From NCBI GenBank assembly GCA_028066355.1, contig JALCBP010000004.1, positions 1,083 through 65,082 of the forward strand: DNA of 64,000 bases. Direction: 5' to 3'. Shown here one piece after another: positions 8,622-17,646 of this stretch. Numbering within the stretch: position 1 is the stretch's first letter; each line of letters starts with the position of its first letter. Source of the DNA: Pirellulales bacterium. Its GTDB lineage: Bacteria; Planctomycetota; Planctomycetia; Pirellulales; UBA1268. A program made the position numbers and the translations under genes. A model generated the notes under the pieces. It made no database searches. It was not told the DNA's origin and saw only the letters and a program-made list of their open reading frames with translations.

Positions 8622-9842
8622 ATGAACTCAATAAATAATTCTCTTGTTTACGATGGGCACGCATATGACGCGTTTGTTGTTATCCATAATCCTGACTTTA
8701 ATGCTGGTTTTAGTGTTCTGATGACCTATGCGTTGAACGGTGTTCGGCAAGCTTTGGCGAGGAACTGGTTGCCGGTGATCAACTTTGATAATTCGTGCAA
8801 CACTTTTTTCTATGATCCAGAACGAGGAGAAAATATTTGGGAGTATTTTTGGGAGCCCGTCATGGGTGTCTCATACGATGACCTCCTGCTAAAAAAGGCA
8901 AACGGAGATATTGGTTCGGATCAAATCAAGCGGTTTAAAGACCAGCAGATCTTTGATTGGCATAATTCGGATCCGGACAGAATTGCAACGTTCTGGCTCC
9001 ATGAAGAGCCAGGTGATCCAATAGAGTGGATGCGCAAGCACCGAGAAATTGGCCGTTACTATGTTGCCAATTTCATCAACGTGCGGCCGGAAATCATTAG
9101 TAAAGCTGATGCGTTTGCCAGAGAACGCTTTGATGGATCGTTTTTATTCACTGTTCATATTCGTGGAACAGACTGGTCGTACGCAGAGCCCACCAATCAC
9201 CAGCGATATTTTGATCGGATCAGGCAGATAATTGCAGACCGAAACCTTGATAAATTTCAGGTGTTTCTTGCAACTGATCAAACTCAATTTGTGGATATTT
9301 TTCAGGAAGAATTTGCGGATCGATTGGTTTCGTATGACAGTGCGAGGGGAGAAAGTTTCATTGCTCCATTTAAGTTACGTGATGTGCCTCCCTACAAAAA
9401 AGGTGAAGATGTGCTAATAGATATTCTTCTTCTGGCAAAGGGAAATCACCTGTTGAAATGCGCTGCGTCAGTTGGTGAATATGGTGCCTGGTTCAATCCA
9501 GATATTGAAATGACTGACTTTGGGGTTGAAAGCAAATTCATCAAGAAGAATCATTTCTTGATCTCAACAGGTTTTGAAAAACTTGGCTTGCTCGAGTCAC
9601 CTCTCCAAAAATTTTTCGTGGCGATTTCTCGTCGCTTAACAAACTACCTTGAGTCTGTGGTGTTCAAATTCGATCAACGGGCCTGGGCTCACCCAAGGAT
9701 TGCCCTTGCATACGGTCTTCGATACCTCTTCTCCTATCTTCCACGGCTCTTGGTGAAGCGTTTTTTGAAATTACTGCGTGTACTACTAATAAAATTTCCT
9801 TCACGAATCCTAAGGGTGTGCTTTCAGGTAAAACATGATTAA
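8622..9842 (+). CDS. Hypothetical protein with fucosyltransferase-superfamily (GT23/NodZ/FUT8-like) motifs and a basic amphipathic C-terminal tail
   Basis: The ORF is 8604..9842, with a TTG at 8604 and the first ATG at 8622. Motifs are HIRGTDW (compare HxRRxD), VFLATDQTQ (compare LATDD) and DILLLAKGNHLLKCAASVGEYGAWF (compare the motif III D..LL..C..lI.s.SsF). The CDS call is fairly safe; the function is inferred from the motifs only. Confidence 0.6.
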   Translation: MNSINNSLVYDGHAYDAFVVIHNPDFNAGFSVLMTYALNGVRQALARNWLPVINFDNSCNTFFYDPERGENIWEYFWEPVMGVSYDDLLLKKANGDIGSDQIKRFKDQQIFDWHNSDPDRIATFWLHEEPGDPIEWMRKHREIGRYYVANFINVRPEIISKADAFARERFDGSFLFTVHIRGTDWSYAEPTNHQRYFDRIRQIIADRNLDKFQVFLATDQTQFVDIFQEEFADRLVSYDSARGESFIAPFKLRDVPPYKKGEDVLIDILLLAKGNHLLKCAASVGEYGAWFNPDIEMTDFGVESKFIKKNHFLISTGFEKLGLLESPLQKFFVAISRRLTNYLESVVFKFDQRAWAHPRIALAYGLRYLFSYLPRLLVKRFLKLLRVLLIKFPSRILRVCFQVKHD

Positions 9843-9992
9843 CAAATTCCAATCGATCTCATTAATCACAGCAATACCTCGTTGACAGAATTTGCACGCC
9901 ATAGACGCAAACGCTTTAAACGAATGACACCAGAAACGGTGAGGCGGGATTCATTCAGTTCGCCGCTCAATAAGCGTTTTAGAAGAAGGGAG

Positions 9993-10066
9993 TGGGCGAA
10001 GAGGGATTCGAACCCCCGACCCCCTCGGTGTAAACGAGGTGCTCTAACCAGCTGAGCTATTCGCCC
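9993..10066 (-). tRNA. tRNA-Val (anticodon UAC)
   Basis: The reverse complement folds by hand into a cloverleaf: GGGCGAA-TA-GCTC-AGCTGGTTA-GAGC-A-CCTCG-TTTACAC-CGAGG-GGGTC-GGGGG-TTCGAAT-CCCTC-TTCGCCC-A. It is 74 nt with a TTCGAAT T-loop, and CCA is not encoded. Confidence 0.93.
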
Positions 10067-10135
10067 TAACTCTCTTAAGTGTAACGCACAGTTTCGTGTC
10101 CGGCAGTCCCCTCCCGTAAGACCATGATTTTTCGC

Positions 10136-11941
10136 TCACTTCGGCTGTGTTGGGGCATCTGCTGCGGCAGGTTTTGGCGGGATAACTGTCCGGATTCCTA
10201 GTTCCGTAAGTTGTTTGGTGTCAACGGGCCCAGGTGCTCCTGTCATTAAGTCACTTGCCCGCTGTGTTTTCGGGAAGGCAATCACGTCACGAATTGAATT
10301 GAGCTTGCCAAATAGCATGACCCAGCGATCGATACCAAGGGCAATTCCACCATGCGGAGGAGCACCACTTGCAAGTGCATCAAGGAGGAAACCAAAGCGT
10401 TCCTGAGCAATCTCTGGGGAAATTCCAAGGAGATCGAAAACCTTTTGTTGGGTCGACCGATCGTGAATTCGAATCGTTCCACCCCCTGCCTCAGAACCAT
10501 TGATCACAAGGTCATAGGCAATTGCACGGCACGCTTCTGGGTTCGACGTAAGTTTTTCGATGTCTTCGGGATGAGGCGCAGTAAAAGGGTGATGCATTGC
10601 AGCCCAGTTTCCAGTTTCTTCATCACGGGCGAACATCGGGAAATCAATAACCCACGATACATGCATCGTATTATCGTCATACAGTTCGAGCTCTTTACCA
10701 AGATGTTTTCTCAGCGCGTGCAGAGTCTTGCATGTGATTTCAAAACTGTCTGCTGATATGAGCGCGAGATCACCGGGTTTTGCTGAAAGTGATTTGCAAA
10801 TATTTTCAGCTACATCAGAGCCCAGATTTTTGGCGACCGGCCCGGTCCATGCTCCAGAAGAATCAAGCTTGAGCCAGACGAGACCTTTTGCGCCGGCTTC
10901 GACCGCCATCGCTGTAAGGCCATCGAGGTCTTTTCTAGAAAACTTATCTGCAGCATCAGAGACTAAAATTCCTCTGACTCTCCCGCCTGACTCCACTGCA
11001 CCCTTAAATACACGGAAGTCACTGTCCTTCGCGATCTCCGTGAGATCAACGATCTCAAGGCCGAAACGCATATCCGGAGCGTCATGTCCATACCGTTCCA
11101 TGCATTCTTTCCATGTGAACTGCGGTAACGGAAGCGTGATATCCAAGTCGAGAATGTCTTTTGCGGTCTTGACCACAAGGCTTTCAATGACGTTTGTCAC
11201 GTCATGTGCCTCGACAAATGACATCTCAACGTCGAGTTGCGTGAACTCGGGCTGTCTGTCGGCTCGTAAATCTTCATCTCGAAAACATTTGGCGACCTGC
11301 ACATAGCGGTCAAATCCAGCAATCATCAAAAGCTGTTTGTACAGTTGAGGTGATTGCGGTAACGCAAAGAAAGCACCGTGTTCGAGTCGGCTGGGTACGA
11401 GATAGTCTCGGGCTCCTTCCGGAGTGCTTCTGCCAAGCATCGGGGTTTCGACATCAACAAATCCGAGTTCATCAAAGTGATCTCGCATTATTTTTACAAT
11501 GCGGCTGCGTAATAATAAATTGTTCTGCATATCAGTGCGACGAAGGTCGAGCCACCGATTTTTGAGACGCACCTCTTCGCCAGGCAGTTCCATCGCTCCT
11601 GGTTGAAAGACTGGTGTTTCTGCTTCATTGAGAATTTCTAATGCACTGGAGACAACTTCGACTTCACCAGTGTCAAGCTTTGGGTTTGTTGTTCCCTCTG
11701 GTCGTCTTCCAACACGGCCGGTTGTAGACATAACCCATTCTGGCCGTGCTGCCCGAGCACGTTCCATGACGCTTGCTGGTGCGTCAGGCCCTATCACAAC
11801 TTGCGTCTTACCCCAGCGATCTCTCAAGTCGATGAAGATGACACCTTTGTGGTCACGAACACGGTCTACCCAACCACACAGTGTTACAGTTTCGGTGAGA
11901 TGGCTTGGGCGTAGTTCACCGCAGGTATGAGTGCGTAACAC
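10136..11941 (-). CDS. aspS: Aspartate--tRNA ligase
   Basis: 601 aa starting MLRTHTCGELR...GWVDRVRDHKGVIFIDLRDRWG. The class II motifs are present (FFALPQSPQLYKQLLM, CFRDEDLRADRQPEFTQLD, GGIALGIDR). Confidence 0.97.
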   Translation of the reverse strand: MLRTHTCGELRPSHLTETVTLCGWVDRVRDHKGVIFIDLRDRWGKTQVVIGPDAPASVMERARAARPEWVMSTTGRVGRRPEGTTNPKLDTGEVEVVSSALEILNEAETPVFQPGAMELPGEEVRLKNRWLDLRRTDMQNNLLLRSRIVKIMRDHFDELGFVDVETPMLGRSTPEGARDYLVPSRLEHGAFFALPQSPQLYKQLLMIAGFDRYVQVAKCFRDEDLRADRQPEFTQLDVEMSFVEAHDVTNVIESLVVKTAKDILDLDITLPLPQFTWKECMERYGHDAPDMRFGLEIVDLTEIAKDSDFRVFKGAVESGGRVRGILVSDAADKFSRKDLDGLTAMAVEAGAKGLVWLKLDSSGAWTGPVAKNLGSDVAENICKSLSAKPGDLALISADSFEITCKTLHALRKHLGKELELYDDNTMHVSWVIDFPMFARDEETGNWAAMHHPFTAPHPEDIEKLTSNPEACRAIAYDLVINGSEAGGGTIRIHDRSTQQKVFDLLGISPEIAQERFGFLLDALASGAPPHGGIALGIDRWVMLFGKLNSIRDVIAFPKTQRASDLMTGAPGPVDTKQLTELGIRTVIPPKPAAADAPTQPK

Positions 11942-12098
11942 GGTGCAATAAGCCTTTCAAAAGGGGTCAAAATTTTGAACACAATGGTGGAGGGGATGGG
12001 TCTTCACTGAAAAAGGCATTGTCCGCGATCGAGACCGTTTCTCAAGGTCACGCACTAAATTTACATTCAGGGGACTTGATTGCACATCAAAAAAGCTA

Positions 12099-12311
12099 CT
12101 AGTCCGCAGACTTTTGGAAGAATCCGGTGTAAATGGCAAGGCCGATAGTGAGTAAGATTGAAAGTCCTAGAAAGAGTGCTGCTATCAGCATAAGGACTCT
12201 GTTGTCCGTGAAAAGTGAGACAAGTCCGAGGATGACAAAGAGCAGTGACACACCAACGGCTGAAAGGCAGAGTCCCGCCTCTAGTTTGTCATTGAATTTG
12301 AGTAGCGACAT
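12099..12311 (-). CDS. Hypothetical small membrane protein (2 TM)
   Basis: 70 aa with two clear hydrophobic helices, co-directional between dcd and aspS. No family was recognised. Confidence 0.45.
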   Translation of the reverse strand: MSLLKFNDKLEAGLCLSAVGVSLLFVILGLVSLFTDNRVLMLIAALFLGLSILLTIGLAIYTGFFQKSAD

Positions 12312-12405
12312 TTTTCAACCGCCGAGAATAAAGATAAGGGAAAGTTGTGTATCAATCTCCAAAAAATGACTGATTCTAGCAATTCTGTATCAAAGCATTT
12401 ATTAG

Positions 12406-12993
12406 TCATCGGGGAGGCTGCACAGCATTTCGCCCAACAGAAAAAGCAAGCTCCAGTTGTTCGTCACTTGTGTCCCCGCCCATTTCTCGGAACATCATGC
12501 TGGGTTGGATGTCACGATTGTGTTGATACTTATCACTCGAATACTCAGTGATTGCACCTGTGATCTGATGGAAGAATATCTGACAGATGGGAACACCGGG
12601 GTAGATCTTGACCGGTTGGACTGCAAACATTTCCAGTGTCCAGTATCCAGCAAAACCAACATCACCAAATCCAGCAGTAACATGTACAAATAAACCAAGC
12701 CGGCCAATTGAACTACGGCCCTCAATCATTGGAACAAGATTATGCGTTTCTGTTCGCTCAACAGTTCGCCCAAGATAAAGCTGGTTGGGAGTCAGAACCA
12801 GACCGTCTTCTGGGATTTGCACTCGATCAACTCGATTACTCTTTCGCATATCGAGAACAATTTCTTCATAGACAAGCAGTTCGTCGTGAAGTGAAAGATT
12901 GTAGCTATTCGGATTTAACCTTTCTTCATCAAACGGATCGATATGAATGTTGTCGCCAAGTTGTTTCCGGATCTCGTGGCCTGAGAGAATCAT
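12406..12993 (-). CDS. dcd: dCTP deaminase
   Basis: 195 aa with MILSGHEIRKQL...IDPFDEERLNPNSYNLSLH and GRSSIGRLGLFVHVTAGFGDVGF. This is the typical Dcd pattern. Confidence 0.93.
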   Translation of the reverse strand: MILSGHEIRKQLGDNIHIDPFDEERLNPNSYNLSLHDELLVYEEIVLDMRKSNRVDRVQIPEDGLVLTPNQLYLGRTVERTETHNLVPMIEGRSSIGRLGLFVHVTAGFGDVGFAGYWTLEMFAVQPVKIYPGVPICQIFFHQITGAITEYSSDKYQHNRDIQPSMMFREMGGDTSDEQLELAFSVGRNAVQPPR

Positions 12994-13110
12994 TCGGGTT
13001 TTCCTTGCGAAGTGCGGTGGCTGGTGCCGCGACGTAGAGTGAGGTAAAGATTTCCCACAAACGATTTTGATTGTAAGGATTTGATGAGAAAATGTCTGGA
13101 AAAAAATGTG

Positions 13111-13881
13111 TCACTGTAAATTTTTCAGATGCCTCGGGAGTCCCACTCGTGGGCAAAGGTCTTCAAGTCCGCATCCATTGCAGCGAGGTTTGCGAGCAAG
13201 GCACGTGCCCCTGCCATGCTGAATCAATCGGTGGCTTATGGCAACCCAGTGATTTCTAGGGATTTCCCGTATCAGGTCTCGTTCTGCCCGAATGGCATCT
13301 TTTGCTTTTGTCAGCGCGAGTCGACGAGAAATACGACCTACGTGTGTATCAACAACAACACCTTCAGCCAAACCAAAAGCACTCCCAAGGACGACGTTTG
13401 CTGTTTTTCGGCCGACTCCTGGTAGAGATATCAGTTCCTCAACCGTTTGAGGAACTTTCCCGTCAAACTGATCAACGAGTTTATCGCAGCAACCATGAAT
13501 GTTTTTGGCCTTTGCTCGATAGAATCCTGTTGTTTTCACTGCATTTTCAAGTTCTCGAATGCTCGCTGCTGCCATTTTATGAGGGTTTGGCCAACGTTTG
13601 AATAAAGAGGGGGTCACCATATTCACCCGTTTATCTGTACATTGGGCCGACAAAATTGTCGAAATGAGTAGTTCGAAGGGATTTTTAAACCTGAGGGAGC
13701 AGTCTGCGTCGGGATAGAGTTCCTCAAGGCGCTCCACAATCTTGAGCGCACGCTCTCTGCGTTGCAGTCGACTCTCCCTGCTTGGCACGATATGGCTACG
13801 CGAGTTCTTTGAAGACGCCTCTGATGTCGATTTCGGTCTCATTTCGTGCTCCAGAGTACCATGAGGCTTCGCTCTCGCCAT
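13111..13881 (-). CDS. nth: Endonuclease III (with a ~45-aa basic N-terminal extension)
   Basis: HhH-GPD core (LISLPGVGRKTANVVL, VDTHVGRISRRLAL) and the 4Fe-4S loop C-x6-C-x2-C-x5-C (CLARKPRCNGCGLEDLC). Confidence 0.93.
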   Translation of the reverse strand: MARAKPHGTLEHEMRPKSTSEASSKNSRSHIVPSRESRLQRRERALKIVERLEELYPDADCSLRFKNPFELLISTILSAQCTDKRVNMVTPSLFKRWPNPHKMAAASIRELENAVKTTGFYRAKAKNIHGCCDKLVDQFDGKVPQTVEELISLPGVGRKTANVVLGSAFGLAEGVVVDTHVGRISRRLALTKAKDAIRAERDLIREIPRNHWVAISHRLIQHGRGTCLARKPRCNGCGLEDLCPRVGLPRHLKNLQ

Positions 13882-13932
13882 GTCGATGCTAGGATTTAGA
13901 TAGTTTTCCGGTTTTGGCGTCGTGGTTGCTCA

Positions 13933-14373
13933 ATGGGAGGTCTAATGGTCTCTGAATTAGTTGATCCTTCAGAATATGATCCGCTTTACCTGGCGGGTGT
14001 ACTAAAATTTAATGAGTGCGACTATTACGAGTGTCACGAGGTCTGGGAAGAGTTATGGACGGAGTACCGTGGTCCGGCAAGAAAATTCTATCAAGGTCTC
14101 ATTCAGGCGGCTGTTGCCTTGTACCACTTTGGCAATGGCAATATACGAGGTGCACGAAAGCTTCATGGCAGCGTGCATGGGTATCTTGAACCGTATGGCG
14201 CGTATTACCTCGGACTGCACCTCGATGCATTTCTCGAAGCATTTGATGAATGCCTGAAGGAAGTTGCTGCAAGCACCGAGGACTTTCCAAAGATCGAACT
14301 CGATCCAGAAACATTGCCAGAAATTCATCTTGATCCACCACCACTGGTTGATGGAGGTGATGCCAATGGATGA
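13933..14373 (+). CDS. DUF309 domain protein
   Basis: FNECDYYECHEVWEELW...YQGLIQAAVALYHFGNGNIRGARKL matches the DUF309 signature as I recall it. Confidence 0.8.
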   Translation: MGGLMVSELVDPSEYDPLYLAGVLKFNECDYYECHEVWEELWTEYRGPARKFYQGLIQAAVALYHFGNGNIRGARKLHGSVHGYLEPYGAYYLGLHLDAFLEAFDECLKEVAASTEDFPKIELDPETLPEIHLDPPPLVDGGDANG

Positions 14374-15061
14374 TGATTCCCTCGCATTCTCTCCTGATAA
14401 TTTTTCCGGATTTGCACGACTCTTTCCGCTCCCAAATCTCATCATGTTTCCACACGTGATGCAGGCCATGCATATTTTTGAGCCTCGATATCGTTCGTTG
14501 TTTGAAGAGGCAGTCGCCGATGACAAACTCATTGCGCTGAGCGTCTTGGCGCAGGGGTGGGAGGTTGATTACGAGGGTCGTCCTGCTCTTGAATCAACGG
14601 CATGTCTTTGTCGAATAGCAACGTATCAGCGAACTCCGGAGGGGACCTATAATGTGTTGCTTCTGGGAGTGCGTCGAATCCAACTGCAGGAAGAATTGCC
14701 ACCAACCAAGCCTTTCCGCGTTGCAGAAGCGAAGATTATCGAGGACTACGTGGCATCGCATCACTCGGCTGAAGAGATCAAAGGCTTGCAGCAGCAATTG
14801 CTGGTAGCGTTCAAAAGTTCTATGCCAAAAATCCCGGCTTCGTATGAGCAGATCGACGAACTGCTTGGTAGCCAAATTACCTTGGGAATGCTTGCTGATA
14901 TTGTCGCCTATACAGTCGATCTTAAATCTAAGACAAAACTTGCACTCCTGAAAACAAGCAATGTCCTTGATCGTGTGCAAGTTCTTCTACGTGCACTTGG
15001 TAGAGGTGGTGATTCAAGCAAGACCAGGCGAACGTTTCCTCCGGCCTTTAGCGCGAATTAA
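14366..15061 (+). CDS. LON N-terminal (substrate-binding) domain protein
   Basis: LFPLPNLIMFPHVMQAMHIFEPRYRSLFEE is the typical LON/PUA-like N-domain start. The ATG at 14366 overlaps the DUF309 stop (ATGGATGA); the track ORF begins further upstream at 14264. Confidence 0.8.
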   Translation: MDDDSLAFSPDNFSGFARLFPLPNLIMFPHVMQAMHIFEPRYRSLFEEAVADDKLIALSVLAQGWEVDYEGRPALESTACLCRIATYQRTPEGTYNVLLLGVRRIQLQEELPPTKPFRVAEAKIIEDYVASHHSAEEIKGLQQQLLVAFKSSMPKIPASYEQIDELLGSQITLGMLADIVAYTVDLKSKTKLALLKTSNVLDRVQVLLRALGRGGDSSKTRRTFPPAFSAN

Positions 15062-15279
15062 ATTGTTCGTAGTTTGCTGGGGCTCAGCTACTTGCCTGTT
15101 GATCAAATGAGTAGCAATAAAGATTAGTTGCAGAGGGTTTCCCTCACTGAGAAAAACGTATCAAAATAAAAATTGATTATGTTGCGTGGATAGTTCCCTC
15201 CGTTTCGCTCCATAAAGAGGGTAGACTGATTTGCTGGATGACTTACAGACTTTTAGGGGTTAGGTGGTAAACTTCACAG

Positions 15280-15912
15280 ATGAATAAAAGGCACGCAACA
15301 TCTGAGGTTCTCAGTGCAGACACTGTTCAGCAGGCAGCAGAAGCCCCATTCGTTGACCATGAACGAATAGAAGCGGCTGTTCGAGAAATTCTCACTGCAG
15401 TAGGTGAAGATCCAGATCGGGAAGGATTGCTTGAAACGCCAGCTCGGGTTGCTCGTATGTATGCAGAAATGTTTAGTGGGTTGAATGATGATCCACGGCG
15501 TCATCTCGGAAAGGCGTTTACTGAAAAATATGATGAGCTTGTCCTAGTTCGTGACATTGCCTTCAATAGTATGTGTGAGCACCATCTGTTGCCTTTTATG
15601 GGGCATGCGCATATTGGTTACATACCAGATGGTCGAGTGTTGGGTCTGAGTAAGTTGGCGCGAGTGGTGGAGTCAGTGTCACATAGGCCGCAGGTTCAGG
15701 AGCGTATGACGGAACAGATTGCAGATTTACTAGAACATGATCTTGGAGCAAAAGGAGTTGCTGTTGTCCTCGAGGCTTCACACACATGTATGACGATTCG
15801 TGGTGTACGGAAACCTGGGAGTCTTTGCGTCACTTCAGCAATAAAAGGAATTTTCAGAGATAACGTCTCCAGTCGAGCCGAGGTTCTTTCGCTTATCAAT
15901 GGAAAGAATTAA
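15280..15912 (+). CDS. folE: GTP cyclohydrolase I
   Basis: 210 aa with [39 protein letters not shown] and [13 protein letters not shown]. Confidence 0.95.
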   Translation: MNKRHATSEVLSADTVQQAAEAPFVDHERIEAAVREILTAVGEDPDREGLLETPARVARMYAEMFSGLNDDPRRHLGKAFTEKYDELVLVRDIAFNSMCEHHLLPFMGHAHIGYIPDGRVLGLSKLARVVESVSHRPQVQERMTEQIADLLEHDLGAKGVAVVLEASHTCMTIRGVRKPGSLCVTSAIKGIFRDNVSSRAEVLSLINGKN

Positions 15913-16022
15913 GAGCGCTTTTGTTGGTGTGCGACTATTGTTGTAGGACGGAGTTGTGTTGCTAGATAGCTCCATGAGTTGTCCTTTTCTGTCTGCTTTT
16001 CGAACATGGTGGATCAACGGTC

Positions 16023-16871
16023 ATGACCCTGCTTGTAGATTTTCTTTGTCGCTTCAGTTTCGGTCTTGCCGTTGCGTTATGCATAACTCCAACCACCCTT
16101 GTTCCAAGTGGCTTCTTTCGAGTGAATACTCTCGTATTGCTTGGGCTGACTACCTTTGCCGCATTACTGTCATTTACGCTTGGTTTGTCAGCAAATACAT
16201 GGGTCCTATCGATCGCAGCGTTTGTTGCTTGGGTTGGCAGTGTGTTGTGGTACGCCGATCGACGTTGGCCAGGTCTTGTTTGTTGTGTAGCGGTGTCCAC
16301 TCTATGCGCTGTAGCGATAGCTCGCACTGGTGGATTATCTGTTGCCGAAGTCGGAGTACGGGTTCTTTCAGGCTGTTTGATTGGCTTTACTGTCAACGCG
16401 ATGCTTCTTGGGCATTGGTATCTCAATGCGCCCGGTATGCGGGTGGACATCTTACGGCGATCAATAGACCAGACGCTTTTCGTATGGAGTCTTCTAATGG
16501 TTCTGGTTCTGGCGATGATCATCTGGCAGTTTGTGAGCATGGGAGACCCTGGTGCTTCAGTTTTTACCAATATTCTGCGAGCGGTCACTGTGGCTACCGC
16601 TGGCGTGGATGGTACTCTGGACTCGACAGGCTTGGCATTGTTTTGGCTTCGATGGTTGGCGGGGCTAATTGGGCTTCCAGTCCTTTTGCTTATGAGTCGT
16701 ATGACATTGGATATCCCAAATACACAAAGCGCAACAGGTATTCTCTACGTGGCGTGTTTGGCGGTCATTTTGGGTGAATTAACTGCGCAACTTCTTGGTA
16801 TGACAGTGCGAATTGAAAATCCTGTTGCTCAGTCAGTTCAACAGAAAATATGGAGCGAGATCACAGCATGA
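16023..16871 (+). CDS. Hypothetical polytopic membrane protein (about 7-8 TM)
   Basis: 282 aa and strongly hydrophobic throughout. Overlapping alternative-frame ORFs look compositionally odd. No family was recognised. Confidence 0.6.
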   Translation: MTLLVDFLCRFSFGLAVALCITPTTLVPSGFFRVNTLVLLGLTTFAALLSFTLGLSANTWVLSIAAFVAWVGSVLWYADRRWPGLVCCVAVSTLCAVAIARTGGLSVAEVGVRVLSGCLIGFTVNAMLLGHWYLNAPGMRVDILRRSIDQTLFVWSLLMVLVLAMIIWQFVSMGDPGASVFTNILRAVTVATAGVDGTLDSTGLALFWLRWLAGLIGLPVLLLMSRMTLDIPNTQSATGILYVACLAVILGELTAQLLGMTVRIENPVAQSVQQKIWSEITA

Positions 16872-17356
16872 ATATCGCATGTGCATGTCCTGCCTGTCAT
16901 GCAGGGATCTACCAGACCTCTATTGAAGAATCTTCATCGGTTACATGCCCGGTATGCGACCAAAGTATTGGCATCCCACAAGGAGCGATTCAGGTTGCTG
17001 AACAAAATGCCGGCCCGCGACTTAATCGATGCTTGGTTTGTCCAAGCACGGAGTTGTTTGTAAGAAAAAACTTTCCGCAGCGACTTGGTGTAGCGATTGT
17101 GGTTGTTGGACTGGCAATGAGCTGTGTTGCTTGGGCCTATCGAGACTTGTTTTTGACGTTTGCGATTCTCTTTAGTACTGCCTTGCTCGATGTGGTCCTA
17201 TTCTTCGTTGTCCCCGATTGCCTGACCTGCTACCGCTGCGGCGCACGGTACACCGGCACCGATGAAATGAGTCGCTTTGGGAATTTTAATCTCGAGACTC
17301 ATGAGAAATATCGGCAGCAGGCCGCGAGGGAGCGACAAACCACTTCTCAGTCCTGA
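16868..17356 (+). CDS. Hypothetical zinc-ribbon membrane protein
   Basis: The ATG at 16868 overlaps the upstream stop (ATGA). It has CPAC...x21...CPVC, then CLVC, two TM helices and CYRC. The MJ0042-like finger pattern is recognised by eye. Confidence 0.6.
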   Translation: MNIACACPACHAGIYQTSIEESSSVTCPVCDQSIGIPQGAIQVAEQNAGPRLNRCLVCPSTELFVRKNFPQRLGVAIVVVGLAMSCVAWAYRDLFLTFAILFSTALLDVVLFFVVPDCLTCYRCGARYTGTDEMSRFGNFNLETHEKYRQQAARERQTTSQS

Positions 17357-17646
17357 TTGAGAGAGCAGGTTGTTTACGGCTAGAAAGTCTTATGGCTTGG
17401 CGTAGATTGGGTGTATGTAGTGGATTGTCGACGGTAAGCGGTTGGGAACGATGCTGGTCTTGGTGATGCAAGAAGAATGGAAGTTAACAAGTGTTTGTCT
17501 GGTTGTGCTCTTAGCTATAGCATCTGGATTTGTTTCAATGGGATGTGCTGCCGTAAAAATCATTGAAAAAATTGATTTGAAGTGGTGTGAGGGGGAGGTT
17601 TGTTCAAAATATGTCAGATAGGCATGGTCAACTCGGGTCAGTAGAT

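Noticed and set aside
9843-10135. A search for an integrase, an att repeat or a mobile element next to tRNA-Val.
   Set aside because: There is no integrase or transposase ORF on either side, and I could not find a duplicated tRNA 3' segment by eye. Only the compositional shift remains, and it is reported as a finding with low certainty.
15062-15279. A possible riboswitch (THF/preQ1-type) in the folE leader, given small hairpins such as GAGGG-TTT-CCCTC.
   Set aside because: I could not match any consensus from memory, and the hairpins are only 5 bp. A covariance-model search would be needed, and there is no positive evidence.
15956-16777. A 273-aa plus-strand ORF and a 208-aa minus-strand ORF (15962..16588) overlapping the membrane-protein gene 16023..16871.
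   Set aside because: Both are Cys/Trp/Arg-rich off-frame translations. The 16023..16871 frame gives a coherent polytopic membrane protein and is translationally coupled to the next gene.
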